A stretch of DNA of 64,000 nt, taken from an uncultured Alphaproteobacteria bacterium. Lineage in GTDB: Bacteria; Pseudomonadota; Alphaproteobacteria; Rhizobiales; Hyphomicrobiaceae. The DNA is taken from NCBI GenBank assembly GCA_963740475.1, contig CAVUEM010000012.1, positions 23,615 to 87,614 on the forward strand, given 5' to 3'. Both the position numbers and the translations under genes were made by a program. Under the pieces are notes generated by a model. It ran no database searches. It saw only the letters and a list, made by a program, of their open reading frames with translations, and had not been told where the DNA came from. This document shows, piece after piece, positions 19,010 to 28,205 of this stretch (the first letter of the stretch is position 1; each line of letters starts with the position of its first letter).

Positions 19010-19813
19010 ATGATGAGGGCCGGTGAAGCGATAGCGATGGACATGCTCGCTCAAGCAAACGTCGGGGCGCTCCCCGACACCCTCGTCGTCAGCGGGGTCA
19101 GCCACAGCTTCGGCGACCTCAAGGCGCTCGATAACGTGTCGCTGACCGTGCCGCGCGGCGCCTTCACCGTGCTTCTCGGCCTCAACGGCGCCGGCAAGTC
19201 GACGCTCTTTGCGCTGATTACGCGCCTCTACGACAACGTGTCGGGCCAGATCAGGATTCTCGGCTACGACGTGCGCCGCCAGCCCGGCGCCGCGCTGCAG
19301 CGTCTCGGCGTCGTCTTCCAGAGCCGGACGCTCGATGCCGATCTTTCGCTCGCCCAGAACCTCATGTACCACGCCGCGCTGCACGGCATCCGCCGTGGGG
19401 AGGCGAGGAAGCGGACGAAGGAGGCGCTCGCGACCGTCGGCATGGAGGGGCGTGCACACGAGAAGGTGCGCAACCTGTCCGGCGGTCAGGCGCGGCGCGT
19501 CGAAATCGCCCGCGCGCTCCTGCACCGGCCCGGCTGCCTGCTCCTCGACGAGGCCACCGTCGGCCTCGACATCGGCTCGCGCGAGAGTGTGATCCAGATC
19601 GTGCGCGGGCTCGTCGCCCGCGAAGGTCTCGGCGTGCTCTGGGCCACTCACCTCATCGACGAGATCGCCCCTGGCGACCAGGTCGTTGTGCTGCACAAGG
19701 GACGCGTGCTGTTCACAGGCTCGGTTCCCGGCCTGCTCGCCGCCGCGGGCGCCGCGAGCCCGCGCGAGGCCTTCCGTGTTCTCACCGGGACCACGACCGC
19801 GGAGGCGGCATGA
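19010..19813 (+). CDS. PQQ-ADH-system ABC ATP-binding protein (LutE-like)
   Basis: GLNGAGKST, LSGGQARR and LLLDEATVGLD motifs. Confidence 0.9.
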   Translation: MMRAGEAIAMDMLAQANVGALPDTLVVSGVSHSFGDLKALDNVSLTVPRGAFTVLLGLNGAGKSTLFALITRLYDNVSGQIRILGYDVRRQPGAALQRLGVVFQSRTLDADLSLAQNLMYHAALHGIRRGEARKRTKEALATVGMEGRAHEKVRNLSGGQARRVEIARALLHRPGCLLLDEATVGLDIGSRESVIQIVRGLVAREGLGVLWATHLIDEIAPGDQVVVLHKGRVLFTGSVPGLLAAAGAASPREAFRVLTGTTTAEAA

Positions 19814-20703
19814 ACGTCGACATCGTGAGACCGATGGTGGACCTCGCCCCACAGCGGCTGGGGTTCCTCGGATATGTTGCGTGCTTCCGCGGCATCGTCT
19901 GGCGTGAGGTGCTGCGCTTTCTGCATCAGCGCGAGCGCTTCTTCTCGGCCCTCGTGCGGCCCTTGGTCTGGCTCTTCATCTTCGCGGCGGGCTTCCGCCA
20001 GGTGCTCGGCATTTCGATCATCCCGCCTTACGAAACCTATGTCCTCTACGAGACCTTCGTGACGCCCGGCCTCGTCGGCATGATCCTCCTCTTCAACGCC
20101 ATGCAGTCGTCGCTGTCGATGGTCTACGACCGCGAGACCGGGGCCATGCGCACTCTATTGGTGAGCCCCTTCCCGCGCTCCTTCCTCCTCTTGTCGAAGC
20201 TCATCGGCGGGGTCGCAGTCGCGCTGCTCCAGGCCTATGCGTTTCTCGCCATTGCCTATTTCTGGGAGATCGAGCCCCCGCTCATCGGCTACATCACCGT
20301 GCTGCCGGCGCTCGTGCTCGCAGGCCTGATGCTCGGCTCGCTTTCCCTTTTCATCTCGTCGGTCATTAAGCAGCTCGAGAACTTCGCGGGAGTCATGAAT
20401 TTCGTGATCTTTCCGATGTTCTTCGCCTCCTCCGCCCTCTATCCCCTATGGCGGGTCCGCGAGAGCAGCCCGCTCCTTTACGAGATTTGTCGCGTGAACC
20501 CGTTCACCTACGCCGTCGAGCTTATTCGCTTCGCGCTTTACGGGCAGGTGGGCCCACGCCTCGAGGACGGAAGCCTCGACCTTACAAATCTGTATGTCGT
20601 CGTCGGCTACACCGTGTTCTTCCTTGGGGCGGCCATCTACGCTTACAACCCCTCGAAGGGTCTCATCGCCCGCCGCGGTGGGCCCGGCGGGAGCCCCAAC
20701 TGA
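19810..20703 (+). CDS. PedC-like ABC-2 permease (LutF-like)
   Basis: REVLRFLHQRERFFSALVRPLVWLFIFAAGF, SSLSMVYDRE.G.MR.LL, QLENFAGVMNFVIFPMFFASSALYP. Confidence 0.9.
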   Translation: MNVDIVRPMVDLAPQRLGFLGYVACFRGIVWREVLRFLHQRERFFSALVRPLVWLFIFAAGFRQVLGISIIPPYETYVLYETFVTPGLVGMILLFNAMQSSLSMVYDRETGAMRTLLVSPFPRSFLLLSKLIGGVAVALLQAYAFLAIAYFWEIEPPLIGYITVLPALVLAGLMLGSLSLFISSVIKQLENFAGVMNFVIFPMFFASSALYPLWRVRESSPLLYEICRVNPFTYAVELIRFALYGQVGPRLEDGSLDLTNLYVVVGYTVFFLGAAIYAYNPSKGLIARRGGPGGSPN

Positions 20704-20730
20704 CCTGGCAAGAAAGCAGACGACACCAAG

Positions 20731-21450
20731 ATGACAGCAATGCGCAGAAGCTCGATTTCGTCGCTCGCGGCGGCCCTCCTCCTCGCCCCGCTCTCGGCCG
20801 CATCCATCGCCGGCCAGCCCGGCGCCGTGCCTGAACCGGGAACGGCCAGCCCCGACCTATTGGCCACCGAACCGGTGCCGCAGGCCTCGACGATGTCCGA
20901 GTGGCCGTGCGTGCAACGGCGCGTCGAAGCCCTGACCGTGACCCAGTTCTGGGACGGGCCCCCGGTCGAGGACGTGAAGGAGCTGCAGCGGGACCGGGAC
21001 ATCTCCGCTCTCGCGACCACGCTCGCGAGCCGGCGCGTGCCGCTCGACAAGACCGAGGCCGCGCTGAAGTCGTTCGCGGAGAAGTCACCCCCGGATCAGC
21101 GCGATCAGCGGCTTACCGCCGTTTTCGCGGCGCTGTTCGAGACGGTCAACAACCAGCGCAAGACCGTCGTCAAGGGCATCGGCAAGTATCAGAAGGCCCA
21201 GATCGAGCGCTCCGCCGAGCTCGAGCGGGAAGGAACCACGCTCGGCGAGCTCGAGGCGAAGGTGCCCCCCGGCACGCCGGACGAGGACTTGCCGAAGGAC
21301 CTCGCCGACGCGCGCGAGAAGTACAAATGGGCGACGCGCATCTTCCAGGAGCGCCAGTCGAGCATTCCGATCGCATGCGAGCTTCCTGGATTGATCGAGG
21401 AGCGCCTCTCTGCGATCGTAAGGCAGATCCGCAGCCTCATGAAATCTTGA
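20731..21450 (+). CDS. Conserved exported protein (LutG-like)
   Basis: Signal peptide, WPCVQRRV...FWDGPP, and C-terminal CELP.LIEERL. Follows the ABC permease as in lut-type clusters. Confidence 0.7.
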   Translation: MTAMRRSSISSLAAALLLAPLSAASIAGQPGAVPEPGTASPDLLATEPVPQASTMSEWPCVQRRVEALTVTQFWDGPPVEDVKELQRDRDISALATTLASRRVPLDKTEAALKSFAEKSPPDQRDQRLTAVFAALFETVNNQRKTVVKGIGKYQKAQIERSAELEREGTTLGELEAKVPPGTPDEDLPKDLADAREKYKWATRIFQERQSSIPIACELPGLIEERLSAIVRQIRSLMKS

Positions 21451-21466
21451 GGCCCGCGGTCCCCGC

Positions 21467-22066
21467 TCACGGCTCCGGCTCGACCCGCACGAGATCGAAC
21501 CCCGACTCCTGCCACGCGTCGGTGCCGTCGCGGAACCAGACGACGTTGACATAGCCGTATTCGATCGCGCGCTTGGCGGCGTTCCAGGACATCCAACAAT
21601 CCTTGACGCACAGAAACACGACCGGGCGCGCGCGATTGCCGTCCGTGAGCCGCTCGAGCCGCGTCTTGAAGTAGATTTCGACCTCGGGCGAGAGCACGCC
21701 GTAGCCGGTGTTCGCCAGCCAGTGCGCTCTCTCCATGCTCATGTGCGTGGGATCGCGCCAGACGGTGCCCGCCGGCAGATTGGGCGGCTTGGGCGCTCGG
21801 GGATAGACGTCGATGAAGACGGCGCTCTTCTCCCGCCAGAGCGTCTCGGCTTCGTCCGCGTCGATGACGCGCGCGCCAGCGAGCGTTGCGGGAACGGGAG
21901 AGCGGTAGTCGTCGGTCCGGTAGTCCGGCGGCTCGGGCACGGCTGCAGCGGCCGCCTCTCCTCCGGCCCGAATAGGGGGCGAGACGGCAGCGGCAAGGGC
22001 CAGAGCCCCTGCCGCTATCACACTGCCAAAAAGGAGGTTGCGCCCGGACGCTCGCGCTCGACGCAC
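21467..22066 (-). CDS. PQQ-catabolism-associated CXXCW rhodanese-like protein
   Basis: PEPPDYRTDDYRSPVPATLAGA, FIDVYPR, CVKDCWMSWNAAKRA and WFRDGTDAW motifs. GTG start at 22066 gives a signal-like N-terminus. Confidence 0.88.
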   Translation of the reverse strand: MRRARASGRNLLFGSVIAAGALALAAAVSPPIRAGGEAAAAAVPEPPDYRTDDYRSPVPATLAGARVIDADEAETLWREKSAVFIDVYPRAPKPPNLPAGTVWRDPTHMSMERAHWLANTGYGVLSPEVEIYFKTRLERLTDGNRARPVVFLCVKDCWMSWNAAKRAIEYGYVNVVWFRDGTDAWQESGFDLVRVEPEP

Positions 22067-22080
22067 GAACCCACCATCGG

Positions 22081-22920
22081 TCAGTTCTTGCGCGCGGCCG
22101 TGATGATCTGGTTCTGCTCGTCGATGATCGGAACGCCGTACTCGAGAAGGATCTGGTCGATATCCCCCTGGCGCTTGGCGATCACCTCGTTGATCTGCCG
22201 CTTCCAGGCCTGCTCGCCGTTGCGCACGCCCATGGTGATGCGGTACTCGAGCTTGGGCAGGCCGGGCGTCTCCTCGAGCATGGGGACGACGACAAGCTTC
22301 TCGCCGCCACGCGACCCGAAATAGCCCGCGTACGGGCCCCAAAGAACGCCGACGTCGACCTCGCCGGAGCGGATGTCGTTCACCATGTCCTGCATGGGAT
22401 TGTCGTAGCGCGTGTCGACCTGCAGCCGGTACGGCCGTGCCTTCTCCATGAGGCCCGCCTTGGCGACATAGTCGGCCGCGGGTACGCCCGCCTGAATGCC
22501 GATGACCTTGCCCTTGAGGCGAGGATCGAAGATCGACTTTAGGCCGTCGAGCCCTTTGCCCTCCCTATAGAGAAGGGCGTAGGTCGTGCGGTAATAAGCG
22601 TTGGTATTCTGGGTGAACTCGTCGGCCTGTGCGGTGCCGATGACGATATCGCATTTCTTGGCCCCGAGCGTCATGCGGATGAAGCCGAGACCCTGCGGCA
22701 TCAGCGTGTTCTCGACGGGCACCTTGAGCTCGTCGGCGACGACCTTGGCGATCTTATTCTCGAACCCCTCGCCCTTCTCGTCGGAATAAGGAAGATTCGA
22801 TGGTGTCGCGCACACCCTCAACACCTTGCGGTTGACCGCGTCCGCCATGGTCCCTTCCGCGGCCCTGGCGCTGATCGCGCCGAGGCCGACGAGCAATACT
22901 GCGAGTAGGAAACGATTCAT
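22081..22920 (-). CDS. xoxJ: XoxJ/MxaJ-like periplasmic binding-fold protein
   Basis: LRVCATPSNLPYS..KGEGFENKIA, CDIVIG, YYRTTY, WGPYAGY and YRITMGVRNGE..WKRQIN motifs. Third gene of xoxFGJ. Confidence 0.88.
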   Translation of the reverse strand: MNRFLLAVLLVGLGAISARAAEGTMADAVNRKVLRVCATPSNLPYSDEKGEGFENKIAKVVADELKVPVENTLMPQGLGFIRMTLGAKKCDIVIGTAQADEFTQNTNAYYRTTYALLYREGKGLDGLKSIFDPRLKGKVIGIQAGVPAADYVAKAGLMEKARPYRLQVDTRYDNPMQDMVNDIRSGEVDVGVLWGPYAGYFGSRGGEKLVVVPMLEETPGLPKLEYRITMGVRNGEQAWKRQINEVIAKRQGDIDQILLEYGVPIIDEQNQIITAARKN

Positions 22921-22934
22921 ATGGATCCTCTTGA

Positions 22935-23705
22935 TTATTCGCCGATACATGCCTTCTCGGCTTCGACTGCCTCCTTCGGCTTCTCGGCACGCTGATCTGC
23001 GCTGAGACGCCCGCCCGGCAGCGCGTCCGTCGAGCGGGCGCGCAGATAGACGTAAAGATCGTCGATGTAGCACATGACGTTCTTGTTATCGCCGAGGGCC
23101 GGCATGATGTACTTCGTGCCGGCGACATCGCGCACTTGGCCACTCGCGACGACCTGAAGGAACTTCTCGTACGTCATGTTCTTGAGCAAGTCCTTGAGGG
23201 CGGGAGCGAAGCTCGACCCCTCCGCGTTCGGGCCGTGACAGACGTGGCACTCCGCATGGTAGCGCCGCCAGCCTGAGTACGTGTTCCAATCGACCTGCTT
23301 CACGATGTCGGTGTTGGCCGTATCTCGATGCACGTCATAGGTCGGACTGCCGTCGGACAGCACCCACTTGCCGCCTTCGAACTTCTTGCCCTCCTGGAAC
23401 TGCTTCTCGAACGCGGGGTCGGGAACCGGGCTCTTGTCGTCGGCTGCGGCGACTTGCGCGGGTGGCGGCGAAGCTGCCTCAGGCGGAGCCGCGGGCGCGG
23501 CAGGCCGTTTTGCTGCTTCTGTCGCGGCCGGCGCCGGCTCGACCGCGGCGACCTTCTCCTCCTTCTGAGCCGGGGCCGGTGCGGCCTCCGTCTTCTGATC
23601 CTTCGCGGCTGGAGGAGAGTCCTCGGCGCTGCACGCCGTCATTCCGAGAGTGACCGCGATGCCGAAGCAGCCCGCAGCGCACATTCCAAGTCCAAACCTT
23701 TTCAC
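22935..23705 (-). CDS. xoxG: XoxG-type c-type cytochrome with lipobox and long Ala/Pro linker
   Basis: GWRRYHAECHVCHG haem motif, MPALGDNKNVMCY and terminal AC (four-Cys type). GTG start after an AAGGGG RBS; LGMTA-C lipobox-like site. Confidence 0.88.
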   Translation of the reverse strand: MKRFGLGMCAAGCFGIAVTLGMTACSAEDSPPAAKDQKTEAAPAPAQKEEKVAAVEPAPAATEAAKRPAAPAAPPEAASPPPAQVAAADDKSPVPDPAFEKQFQEGKKFEGGKWVLSDGSPTYDVHRDTANTDIVKQVDWNTYSGWRRYHAECHVCHGPNAEGSSFAPALKDLLKNMTYEKFLQVVASGQVRDVAGTKYIMPALGDNKNVMCYIDDLYVYLRARSTDALPGGRLSADQRAEKPKEAVEAEKACIGE

Positions 23706-23864
23706 GCGTTTCCCCTTGTTTCGAAGCTTGATGTTGTAGTCGATCCGCCGCGCTTCAACGGCCACATAGCACACGTAGATCATCACATTCGTGTGCCGCG
23801 CGCCGCGCTTCCTTTCACGACTTAGTGAGATTGGGCTCGCCGAGCAAAAGCGCCTAGCAAGAGA

Positions 23865-23888
23865 CCGGCGCGGGTTTCCCCGCGCCGG
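23865..23888 (-). terminator. GC-rich stem-loop between xoxF and xoxG
   Basis: Perfect 10-bp stem CCGGCGCGGG/CCCGCGCCGG, 4-nt loop, weak pyrimidine tail (TCTCTT) on the minus strand. Confidence 0.55.
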
Positions 23889-23916
23889 CCCATGTCTCAG
23901 GTCCTAGGCGACCGCA

Positions 23917-25740
23917 TTAGGGCAGCGAGTAGACCGTCAGCGTGCCACCGAGATCGGTGTACGACTTCAGGCCCGCGTAGTTGCCCACCGCGCCGAGACC
24001 GTCCGTCGGCTTGTCGAGACCAGCCGCGAGGCCGATGCCGGCCCAGCCACCGACGCCCGAGAAGAGGCCGATGTACTGCTTGCCGCCGACCGCGTAGGTC
24101 ATGACGTTGCCGATCGAGCCGGAAGGCAGACGGTGCTTGAAGAGCTCCGCTCCGTCCTTATCACTGCGGCACTTGATGAAGCCTTCAAGCGTGCCGTGGC
24201 AGGCGAGGCCGCCAGCCGTGGTGAGCACGCCCGACCACACGGAGAAGGGCTCGTCGTGCTGGTGAACGATCTTGCCAGCAGCGCCATCCCAAATCGTGAA
24301 GTGGCCCGTGTTGGTCTTGCCCTCAGGCGGGAACATGGACAGCGTGGCGCCGACGTACGGTTGGCCAGGCGTGTACGAAACCTTGAAGGGCTCGTAGTCC
24401 ATGCACACGTTGTTGATGGGCACGTAGAACAGGTTCGTCAGCGGCGAGTACGCAGCCGGCTGCTGGTCCTTGAAGCCAAGGGCCGCCGGGCAGACGTTCT
24501 TCGTGTTGACGTCGGCGCCGTTCAGGAACGTGGACTTCGAGGCGACGACCGTCGGACGCCCGTAGTTGGGCTTCGACTTGTCGAGCTCGACGCCCGTCGA
24601 CCAGTTGAGGTCCTGATCGTAAGGCTGGGCAACGAGCGGCTCGCCGGTGAGGCGGTCGATCGTGTAGCCGAAGCCGTTACGGTCGAAGTGGGTGAGGACC
24701 TTGCGCTCCGAACCACCGATGTTCTGCGTGGTCAGGATCAACTCGTTGACGCCGTCATAGTCCCACTCGTCGAACGGGGTCATCTGGTAAGCCCATGACG
24801 CCATACCCGTGTCCGGGTTACGAGCGAACAGGGTCATCGACCACTTCTGGTCGATCTGCTTGCCATCAGGTCCCGCGCGCTGAGCCGGGTTCCAGGTCGA
24901 GGGGTTGCCCGAGCCGTAGTAGAAGAGGTTGGCGTCCTTGTCGTAGGCAGCATAACCCCAGGTCGAGCCGCCGCCGATCTTCCACTGATCGCCGGTCCAG
25001 GTCTTGAGCGAGCTGTCCTTGCCGACCGGCTTGCCGAGCGACATGGTCTTCTCGGGATCCATCAGGATGTCGGCATCGGGGCCCATCGAGTAGGCGCGCC
25101 ATACCTTCTTGCCATCCTTCAGGCCGTAGGCGGTGACGTGGCAGCGGACGCCGAACTCGGCGCCGGACGTGCCCATGATCACCTTGTCGTTGACGATGAG
25201 AAGGAAGCCCGTGTGGGTCTCGCCCTTCTTGGGATCGCCGTTGACTGCCTTCCACTTCTCCTTGCCGGTCTTGGCATCGAGCGCGACGAGCGTCGTGTCG
25301 GCCTGACCGAGGATCACGGTGTCACCGGCAACCTGCACGCCACGGTTGACCGTGTCGCAGCACATGACCGGAATGACCGACGGATCCTGCTTCGGCGAGT
25401 ACTTCCAGATGATCTTCGGACCCGAAGCATCAGAGATGTCGAGAGCGAACACGTTGTTCGGGAACGCGGAGTTAAGATACATCGTGTTCCCGATCACGAT
25501 CGGTGAACCCTCGTGACCACGAAGGACGCCGGTCGAGAACTGCCAAGCGACCTTGAGGTCCTTGACGTTGCTCTGGTTGATCTGATCGAGCTGGGAATAC
25601 CGCCATTGGGCGTAGTCGTGTTGCTGCATTGCCCAGTTATTCGGGTCTGCGATCGCCTTCTCGACGTCCGGGTTCGCCCAAACCGGCGAACTCAGAGCCA
25701 CTGAAGCGAGCAGCCCGCATGCGAGTGCACTTCTGCGCAT
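23917..25740 (-). CDS. xoxF: Lanthanide-dependent PQQ methanol dehydrogenase (XoxF5-like)
   Basis: FSTGVLRGHEG, vicinal disulfide MCCDTVNRG, GAEFG (metal Glu), GNPSTWN (Asn) and EWDYDGVNE with the extra Asp (D-x-D) diagnostic of Ln binding. C-terminal GVGGWAGIGLAAGL. Confidence 0.97.
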   Translation of the reverse strand: MRRSALACGLLASVALSSPVWANPDVEKAIADPNNWAMQQHDYAQWRYSQLDQINQSNVKDLKVAWQFSTGVLRGHEGSPIVIGNTMYLNSAFPNNVFALDISDASGPKIIWKYSPKQDPSVIPVMCCDTVNRGVQVAGDTVILGQADTTLVALDAKTGKEKWKAVNGDPKKGETHTGFLLIVNDKVIMGTSGAEFGVRCHVTAYGLKDGKKVWRAYSMGPDADILMDPEKTMSLGKPVGKDSSLKTWTGDQWKIGGGSTWGYAAYDKDANLFYYGSGNPSTWNPAQRAGPDGKQIDQKWSMTLFARNPDTGMASWAYQMTPFDEWDYDGVNELILTTQNIGGSERKVLTHFDRNGFGYTIDRLTGEPLVAQPYDQDLNWSTGVELDKSKPNYGRPTVVASKSTFLNGADVNTKNVCPAALGFKDQQPAAYSPLTNLFYVPINNVCMDYEPFKVSYTPGQPYVGATLSMFPPEGKTNTGHFTIWDGAAGKIVHQHDEPFSVWSGVLTTAGGLACHGTLEGFIKCRSDKDGAELFKHRLPSGSIGNVMTYAVGGKQYIGLFSGVGGWAGIGLAAGLDKPTDGLGAVGNYAGLKSYTDLGGTLTVYSLP

Positions 25741-26256
25741 CGCGCTTCCTCCTTAAGGTTCTTGCCACGCTTGCAAGCGGTAGCGAACGACAGCGTGTCA
25801 CAGCCTACTTTGCTGGGGCGGGTTTTCTCTCTTCCCCTTCGGCTTTCGATTGGACGGTCACTGCACTGAGCAAGCGTCCGCAAGCCATCGCTACCGTGGT
25901 CACTTGTAGACACTTTCTCGTGAGGTCCGCAAGACAATCCGTGAGGCGAATTTTCTTGCAACACTCATAGGACAAGCTCTCTGACCCATTTTTTCGCCCG
26001 TTTTACGGTCGTCTTTTGCGCTGCACTCGGAATTGGTGCGCCGCACGCTTAGTTTTTGCTCTGAACCAGCGACCCGAGTTGACCTTGACGGCGATCTGAA
26101 AATGAGTAAAATTCGCGCCCCGCTTTTTTCATTATTCGCAAACCTGCTCAAATTGACGCCAAAAACGGCGCCAAGTTGCGCCTCGCTTTTCGCCCGCCTA
26201 AGTCAGTTTTCGAGTCGGAAGAGACTTCCTTTCCCAGCCGCGCGAGGCCTAACCGA

Positions 26257-27225
26257 GTGACACGCCACGCCCACCGCCGAAGCACGGCTTGCTTCGGCTA
26301 CCGAGCCCTCGTCGCACTCCTCTCGGCGCTCGCGATTGCCGGGCTCCCGCTCCCGCCTGCCTCCGCCGCCGCGCCGTTCGTCGAGGAGATCGCCCCCGGC
26401 GTCTTCGTCCACCAGGGACAGCACGCGCTCTTCTCGCCCGCGAACGGCGGCGATACCGCAAACTGCGGCTTCGTCGTCGGGGAGGAGGCGGTGGCGGTCA
26501 TCGACACGGGCGGCAGCGCGAAGGTCGGCGCGGCGTTGAGAGAAGCGATACGCGCGGTGACGAAATTGCCGATCCGCTATGTGATCAACACCCACATGCA
26601 CCCGGACCATGTGTTCGGAAACGCGGCCTTCAGGGACGACGCCCCGGAGTTCGTCGGCCACGCCAAGCTCGCCCGCGCGCTTGCCGCCCGCTCCGAGCGC
26701 TACCTCGCCGCCAACAAGGATCTCCTCGGCCTCACGGCGTTTGCCGGCATCGCAATCATCCCGCCCACGCGTCCGGTCGAGGATCGCCTGTCGCTCGACC
26801 TCGGAGGGCGCACGCTCGAGGTGGAGGCGCAGAAGACGGCCCACACCGACAACGATCTCGTCGTCCGCGACAGCGCGACCGAAACGCTCTTTCTCGGCGA
26901 CCTTCTGTTTTCCGGCCACGTGCCGGTGATCGACGGCTCGATCCGCGGCTGGCTTGCCTTCATCGACCGGGAGATTGCCGTGCCGGCCGCCCGCGTCGTG
27001 CCGGGTCACGGACCGGTCTCCATGCCCTGGCCGGCCGCCATCGAGCCTGAAAAGCGCTATCTCGAGCGCGTCGCCGGCGACGTGCGCGCCCTCATCAAAT
27101 CCGGCAAGACGCTTACCGATGCCACGGCGACGGCGGGGCGCTCGGAAAAGGATGCGTGGCTCCTGTTCGAAGAGTATCATGCCCGCAACGTAACCGCCGC
27201 GTTTGCGGAGCTCGAGTGGGAGTAG
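26257..27225 (+). CDS. Quinoprotein-associated SoxH-like metallo-beta-lactamase-fold hydrolase
   Basis: ANCGFVVG..AVAVIDTGGS, NTHMHPDHVFGN, AHTDNDL, GDLLF, VPGHG and FEEYHARNVTAAFAELEWE motifs. Divergent from xoxF. Confidence 0.85.
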   Translation: MTRHAHRRSTACFGYRALVALLSALAIAGLPLPPASAAAPFVEEIAPGVFVHQGQHALFSPANGGDTANCGFVVGEEAVAVIDTGGSAKVGAALREAIRAVTKLPIRYVINTHMHPDHVFGNAAFRDDAPEFVGHAKLARALAARSERYLAANKDLLGLTAFAGIAIIPPTRPVEDRLSLDLGGRTLEVEAQKTAHTDNDLVVRDSATETLFLGDLLFSGHVPVIDGSIRGWLAFIDREIAVPAARVVPGHGPVSMPWPAAIEPEKRYLERVAGDVRALIKSGKTLTDATATAGRSEKDAWLLFEEYHARNVTAAFAELEWE

Positions 27226-27282
27226 CCCGCGGACGGCGGAACGTCGAAGAAGAGGACGAAGAAGAGGGACAAGGAGAGGATC

Positions 27283-28098
27283 ATGACGCCGAGGCTCACT
27301 CGCTGCCTGGCCCTGGCATCCGCGATTTTGCTCGCGGCGCTCGGCACAGCGAGTGGCGTGCGCGCCGCCGACGAGCAGGACTTCTGGCCCTCTTTGCAGA
27401 GAGACATCTTCGGCGCCCGCGAGGTGGTCGAGAGCACGGAGGCCGTGACCCTTGATGCGCCCTACCGCGCCGACGACGCAGCCCTCGTCCCCTTGACAGT
27501 CCGGATACCGGCCGCGATCGCGCCGGCCGTGAAAAAGCTCACCCTCATCATCGACAAGAACCCGGCTCCCGTCGTCGCCGAGTTCACGTTCGGCCCGGCC
27601 GCCGGCGAGGGCGAGCGCATGCTCTCGACGCGGGTCCGGGTCGACATGTACTCGAACATTCGCGCCGTGGTCGAAACCGCCGACGGCCGCCTCTTCATGG
27701 CGACGAAGTACGTCAAGGCGGCGGGCGGGTGCTCGGCGCCGGCGTTGAAGGACACTGACGCCGTCCTCGCCGAAGCCGGGCGCATGCAGGTCAAGACGTT
27801 CGAGGCTGCCGGAGCGGCGCCGCTCCGCGAGGGCCAGGTGATGATCCGCCACCCGCAATTCTCGGGCCTGCAAATGAACCAGGCGACGGGACTTTATATT
27901 CCGGCCAAGTTCGTCCGCGTCATCGACGTCATGCGCGGCGACCAGCTCGTGTTCCACATGGAGGGCGGCATCTCGCTCTCCGAGGATCCCAACATCCGCT
28001 TCTCGTACGCGCCGGGCAGCGACGAGACGCTCGAGGTGATCGCAGAGGATACCGACGGGCGCAAATTCACGGGCCGCACCGGCCCCAAGGGCTCGTAA
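27283..28098 (+). CDS. Quinoprotein-associated fused SoxYZ-like carrier protein
   Basis: APYRADDAALVP, IIDKNPAP, STRVRVDMYSNIRAV, YVKAAGGCSAP (SoxY GGC motif), HPQFSGLQM and ISLSEDPNIRF motifs. Confidence 0.88.
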   Translation: MTPRLTRCLALASAILLAALGTASGVRAADEQDFWPSLQRDIFGAREVVESTEAVTLDAPYRADDAALVPLTVRIPAAIAPAVKKLTLIIDKNPAPVVAEFTFGPAAGEGERMLSTRVRVDMYSNIRAVVETADGRLFMATKYVKAAGGCSAPALKDTDAVLAEAGRMQVKTFEAAGAAPLREGQVMIRHPQFSGLQMNQATGLYIPAKFVRVIDVMRGDQLVFHMEGGISLSEDPNIRFSYAPGSDETLEVIAEDTDGRKFTGRTGPKGS

Positions 28099-28205
28099 GT
28101 CTTACCCTGTGCCGCCAAGCAGTGAATTCCGGAACGCGCCGCCCGGCCGAGGGCAATGCCCGAGAGCCCGGATGACAGCCTCAGCGCCTAGGGAGATGAT
28201 TTAGA

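Noticed and set aside
23917-25740. Ca-dependent MxaF or ExaF/PedH assignment
   Set aside because: The D-Y-D motif and overall sequence fit XoxF, and no mxaI follows.
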